Shown: positions 59,340 to 62,896 of the stretch, piece after piece
Numbering within the stretch: position 1 is the first letter of the stretch
Layout: each line of letters begins with the position of its first letter
Assembly (NCBI GenBank): GCA_045105515.1
Contig: JBGCDR010000138.1
Location: 1-62,896, forward strand
Origin: Oligoflexales bacterium
GTDB lineage: Bacteria > Bdellovibrionota_B > Oligoflexia > Oligoflexales > Bog-1112
Length of the DNA stretch: 62,896 bases
Direction of reading: 5' to 3'
Notes under the pieces: model-generated
What the model was told of the DNA's origin: nothing
Databases searched by the model: none
The model's input: the letters and a program-made list of their open reading frames with translations, nothing else
Position numbers and translations under genes: made by a program

Positions 59340-59939
59340 TTAATCTACTAACCGGAAAACCAAGACATGATTATTGGCAGGCATTGCTATAGTGGCCTCA
59401 TGTTCTAGCCCAGTAATAGAAGCAGCTCCTATTACAGCACTCAAGTCACGAATTCCCCAGTTGAAGTTGCGTGTACGTAGGGACTGATCAAAAGCTATGT
59501 TACTGGGAGCTTCTTCTGAAGCTATGCCAAAATAGGGACCATAAGTTATAAGGACACCGCCTTTTTTGAGACAATTTACCCCATTTCGCATAAGCCCTAA
59601 GCTCGCTTCCCAAGGAGCAATATGAATCATATTAATACATATAAGAGCATCCACATGTAGTGTAGGCCAGTTATCTGATAATGCATCCAAGACTAGAGGC
59701 TTATTGATATTTTTTGATTTCTGCTCCAAATGTTCGAAACGAGAGACTATCACATCATCCATATCCGAGGGAGTCCAATCTAAATGGGAAAACCTGGCCG
59801 CAAAATAGCATGCATGCTGCAGGGTTCCACTTGCAATTTCCAATACTGATTTGTAGTCTTTTAAATATGATTCTATTGCATTCCCAATAGGCACTTTATT
59901 ACGATCAGCAGCTTCTGAATAGGTTCTAATAATAGCCAT
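59340..59939 (-). CDS. DUF938 (METTL26-like) methyltransferase
   Basis: A.DRNK.PI, VLEIASGT.QH, NMIHI, YGP, FD.SL, MPANN. Confidence 0.88.
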   Translation of the reverse strand: MAIIRTYSEAADRNKVPIGNAIESYLKDYKSVLEIASGTLQHACYFAARFSHLDWTPSDMDDVIVSRFEHLEQKSKNINKPLVLDALSDNWPTLHVDALICINMIHIAPWEASLGLMRNGVNCLKKGGVLITYGPYFGIASEEAPSNIAFDQSLRTRNFNWGIRDLSAVIGAASITGLEHEATIAMPANNHVLVFRLVD

Positions 59940-60003
59940 TTGGATGATTCTCCTAAGTCATGCAGGGTAATCCTGCAAGTGAGTTCCCCTTAAACTACTT
60001 TCT

Positions 60004-61482
60004 TTACCAAATACTGCTTTTACTGTGCCAGCGATATATTGTTGTACAGGTATCCGTAAAAAATTTAATCGATGCCTGGCCATGAGCCTTAATATCGCCA
60101 AAGAAAGATTGTTTACTGCCTCCAAATGAGAAATAAGCCATTGGAGCCGGGACCCCAATATTAATCCCAATCATACTCGGATCCACTTGTGAAGCAAAAG
60201 CCCGAGCATCGCCTCCAGAATTTGTAAATAAAGTGCAGGTATTCGCAAAAGGAATCGAGTTTATCCATTCTATTGCATCATCTAGAGAGTCCACTTTGCT
60301 AACTAAAATAACGGGACCAAAGACCTCTTCCCGTGCAATTTTCATTGCAGGGTTAATTTGTGCGAGCAGGCTTGGACGCAGGAAATAACCTGGTAAATGA
60401 TCGACCCCCTGCCTCCCGTCAATTAAAACCTCGGCACCTTCAGTAACGGACATCTCTATCAAGCCAGCCACACGATCCTTAGCATCCTGAGAGATTAGAG
60501 GTCCCATGTTAGTCTGGTCGTCGAGACCATCTCCAGTTTTCATAGTATTTACTGTAACCATAGCCTCAGATTTAAACTTCTCATAGGTTTCATCTCCGAC
60601 ACAAAGGACTAACGAACCTGCCAAACAACGCTCACCAGCACAACCAGTGATTGACTCTACAGCCGTGGTAACCGACTTTTTTCCTAACTCCCCTTGCATA
60701 GCATCGGGGAGCACGACCATAACATTTTTAGCTCCCCCGAGAGCCTGCACTCGTTTTCCTTCACTACAGGCAGTGCTATAAATATGCTTTGCAACTGGGG
60801 TGGAACCCACGAAGGAAATGCCTTTAACGAGAGGGTGCTTACACAAAGCATTTGCAACCTCCTTTCCACCATGCACTAAGTTGACTACCCCTGGAGGAAA
60901 ACCGACCTCTTCTATCAGTTCAAATATCCTAAGAGAGGTTAGAGGGACCCTTTCACTAGCCTTCAATACATAGGTATTTCCGCACGCAACTGCAAATGGC
61001 CAAAACCAGAAAGGGATCATTGCTGGAAAGTTAAAAGGGGCTACACATGCAAATACTCCCATAGGCCTATTAACAGTAGAGCAGTCAATCCCTCTGGCAA
61101 TATCTTCGAAATTCTCACCCATCATAAGGCTCGGAATTCCACAGGCTGTTTCAACCATCTGGATTGCTCGCCTTATTTCACCCATGGACTCAGCAATAGT
61201 CTTGCCATGCTCCTGGGTAATGATGTGACTTAAGTCTGAACAATGCTCTTCCATTTTAGATTTTAGTTTGAAAAAATACTGAATCCTGTCCTGAGCAGGA
61301 GTTTTCTTCCATGCTTCGAACGCGTCTGCTGCAGCTATTACTGCTTCATTAGCATCATCATACGTTCCCAGCGGAGTACTTGCGAGCAGTTCCTTATTTG
61401 CCGGATTAAGTACTTCTACCGACCCCTGTCCATGAGACTCAAGCCACTTACCAGCTATATAATTTTTCAGCAAATTTCCCAT
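60004..61482 (-). CDS. mmsA: CoA-acylating methylmalonate-semialdehyde dehydrogenase
   Basis: PFNFPAMIP, SFVGST, GGAKN, GCAGERCLA, EEVFGP. Confidence 0.92.
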   Translation of the reverse strand: MGNLLKNYIAGKWLESHGQGSVEVLNPANKELLASTPLGTYDDANEAVIAAADAFEAWKKTPAQDRIQYFFKLKSKMEEHCSDLSHIITQEHGKTIAESMGEIRRAIQMVETACGIPSLMMGENFEDIARGIDCSTVNRPMGVFACVAPFNFPAMIPFWFWPFAVACGNTYVLKASERVPLTSLRIFELIEEVGFPPGVVNLVHGGKEVANALCKHPLVKGISFVGSTPVAKHIYSTACSEGKRVQALGGAKNVMVVLPDAMQGELGKKSVTTAVESITGCAGERCLAGSLVLCVGDETYEKFKSEAMVTVNTMKTGDGLDDQTNMGPLISQDAKDRVAGLIEMSVTEGAEVLIDGRQGVDHLPGYFLRPSLLAQINPAMKIAREEVFGPVILVSKVDSLDDAIEWINSIPFANTCTLFTNSGGDARAFASQVDPSMIGINIGVPAPMAYFSFGGSKQSFFGDIKAHGQASIKFFTDTCTTIYRWHSKSSIW

Positions 61483-61669
61483 ATTTTTTATACACTCCTA
61501 CGTGCAGACCAACTAATTCTCAATTAAAGACTATAAGAATATAGTATAGCTACCACGCCCAAAAAGGCTAGAGCATATTGACTGCTTAGTCTGAAAGAAG
61601 GTAAAAATAAAATTAGGATTTTTTTGGTCCGAGAATAAATTTAGGTATATTTGCAAGAATAGGTTTTTA

Positions 61670-62788
61670 CTATTTCTTTAAATTTACTACAGGTAACAAA
61701 TTCTGTCTTAAATTTAGTTTTTCCGATATAAAATTTTTAACTTCAACTGTATCAGAGTGAATTTTTTTCTTCTTAGCCTTTATCGCTTTATAGGTAAACC
61801 TAATTTGTTTTATACCATTCGGATTATTTAACATCGAACTATAAAAATTCTGAGTTTCAGAACGATTTAATTTACCAAAAAGCCGTGTAAAATTTTTAAA
61901 AAAGTCTCTCTTCCACTCCATCACCTGATAAAACACAATTTTTTCAAGACTCAAAGCCTCTATGAACGATTGATCTCCTGTGATACCCACAAATGTATTG
62001 CTGTTAACTATTAACCTCTTCATATCTTTGCGAGCAAGTGGAAATGGATTAAGTATTTTTATTTTTGAGTCACTCTTATAAAAAGCATCAATATCTTTAG
62101 CACTAACTTTTTTCGATAACTTTAAGTAAGCAATAGAAGGATCTTTGACATCAAGTTTTGTAAGTACCTTTTTTAGTTCTTTGACTTCTTCTTCACCCAT
62201 ATTTACTATTAGGTTTGTATTTCGAGAACCGGAATTTTCAAGTAATATACAGATAGAAGCAAATGTAACCTTTGAATCTATCGAATTTTTTTTATCTATT
62301 TTAAAATAGTAAGACCAATCATGCCTATTCAAATATCCGAGATAAAAATCTTTATCACTAAGATGCTTCGATAAAATATAATCCAATCTTTCATCAATAA
62401 ACGAGTTGCCCTCCTCTTCTTTATTCTCATCTCCTAAAAAAACTCCTAGGGAGTTTTCTCCTAGACCAGTTTTAAACAACTTAAAATCTTTGTATTTTGA
62501 AAGATCATCTTGATAATCATACTCGGTCAAAAGAACAGTTTTTTCTGAGAATCCCTCGTAAATATCTTCGTTTAGATATTTAAACATATCATTTGAAAAA
62601 TAGTGAAAAGTTGGATAAGCAATATGTACATCCATGTTAGCAAACAGCTCCTTTAATGGTTTATAAAGCATCAAAGAATCAAAAGAACCTACAACAACAA
62701 CAGCTATGTTTTCAGGGATGAAGCTATGCTGAACGAAATCTCCATGCTCTTCGGAAATCAGGGTTGATTCAAGTAAGCTTTTAACCAA
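61670..62788 (-). CDS. Hypothetical protein with a GT-B glycosyltransferase-like C-terminus; start uncertain
   Basis: GLG...LGVF, YLGY, VGITGDQSFIEALS..KIVFYQ..WK. Confidence 0.55.
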   Translation of the reverse strand: MVKSLLESTLISEEHGDFVQHSFIPENIAVVVVGSFDSLMLYKPLKELFANMDVHIAYPTFHYFSNDMFKYLNEDIYEGFSEKTVLLTEYDYQDDLSKYKDFKLFKTGLGENSLGVFLGDENKEEEGNSFIDERLDYILSKHLSDKDFYLGYLNRHDWSYYFKIDKKNSIDSKVTFASICILLENSGSRNTNLIVNMGEEEVKELKKVLTKLDVKDPSIAYLKLSKKVSAKDIDAFYKSDSKIKILNPFPLARKDMKRLIVNSNTFVGITGDQSFIEALSLEKIVFYQVMEWKRDFFKNFTRLFGKLNRSETQNFYSSMLNNPNGIKQIRFTYKAIKAKKKKIHSDTVEVKNFISEKLNLRQNLLPVVNLKK

Positions 62789-62896
62789 ATTTTGAAGTAC
62801 GTTAAAATGGGTTCAGCATATTTTTTTAACAAAATTTTTGTTGTCAAAAATATTTGAGATGTATTTTTTTGACTATTCAAGCATAATCTAACAATG

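Overview
AT-rich bacterial chromosome segment. Its gene style (many Sec/lipoprotein-signal orphans, receptor-less CheA-like kinase, giant FG-GAP adhesin) suggests Oligoflexia/Bdellovibrionota, but that is inference. The housekeeping core is a complete divergent branched-chain amino acid cluster (leuA-C-D-B <- -> ilvE-B-N-C-D-A), each arm preceded by an unannotated leader-peptide attenuator. Highlights: (1) a secreted protein with signal peptide, an NLS-like PQKKKAR and a eukaryotic GARP/SHAQKYF-type Myb domain (17094-18155), a candidate nucleomodulin; (2) a second secreted protein with a mitochondrial-presequence-like segment ending in RYYS (31667-32683); (3) an end-joining-like locus with no Ku in the window: LigD with a decayed ligase domain, a possible Mu-Gam-like protein, and a stand-alone OB-less ligase with an Rnl2-like KIHG motif (7038-10679); (4) an HU protein fused to two tandem small domains; (5) a diheme cytochrome-porin fusion; (6) a 29-bp intergenic tandem repeat. 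Several genes are broken by stops or frameshifts. I recognised no rRNA, tRNA, CRISPR array or mobile element. All family assignments come from motif recognition by eye, not from searches.
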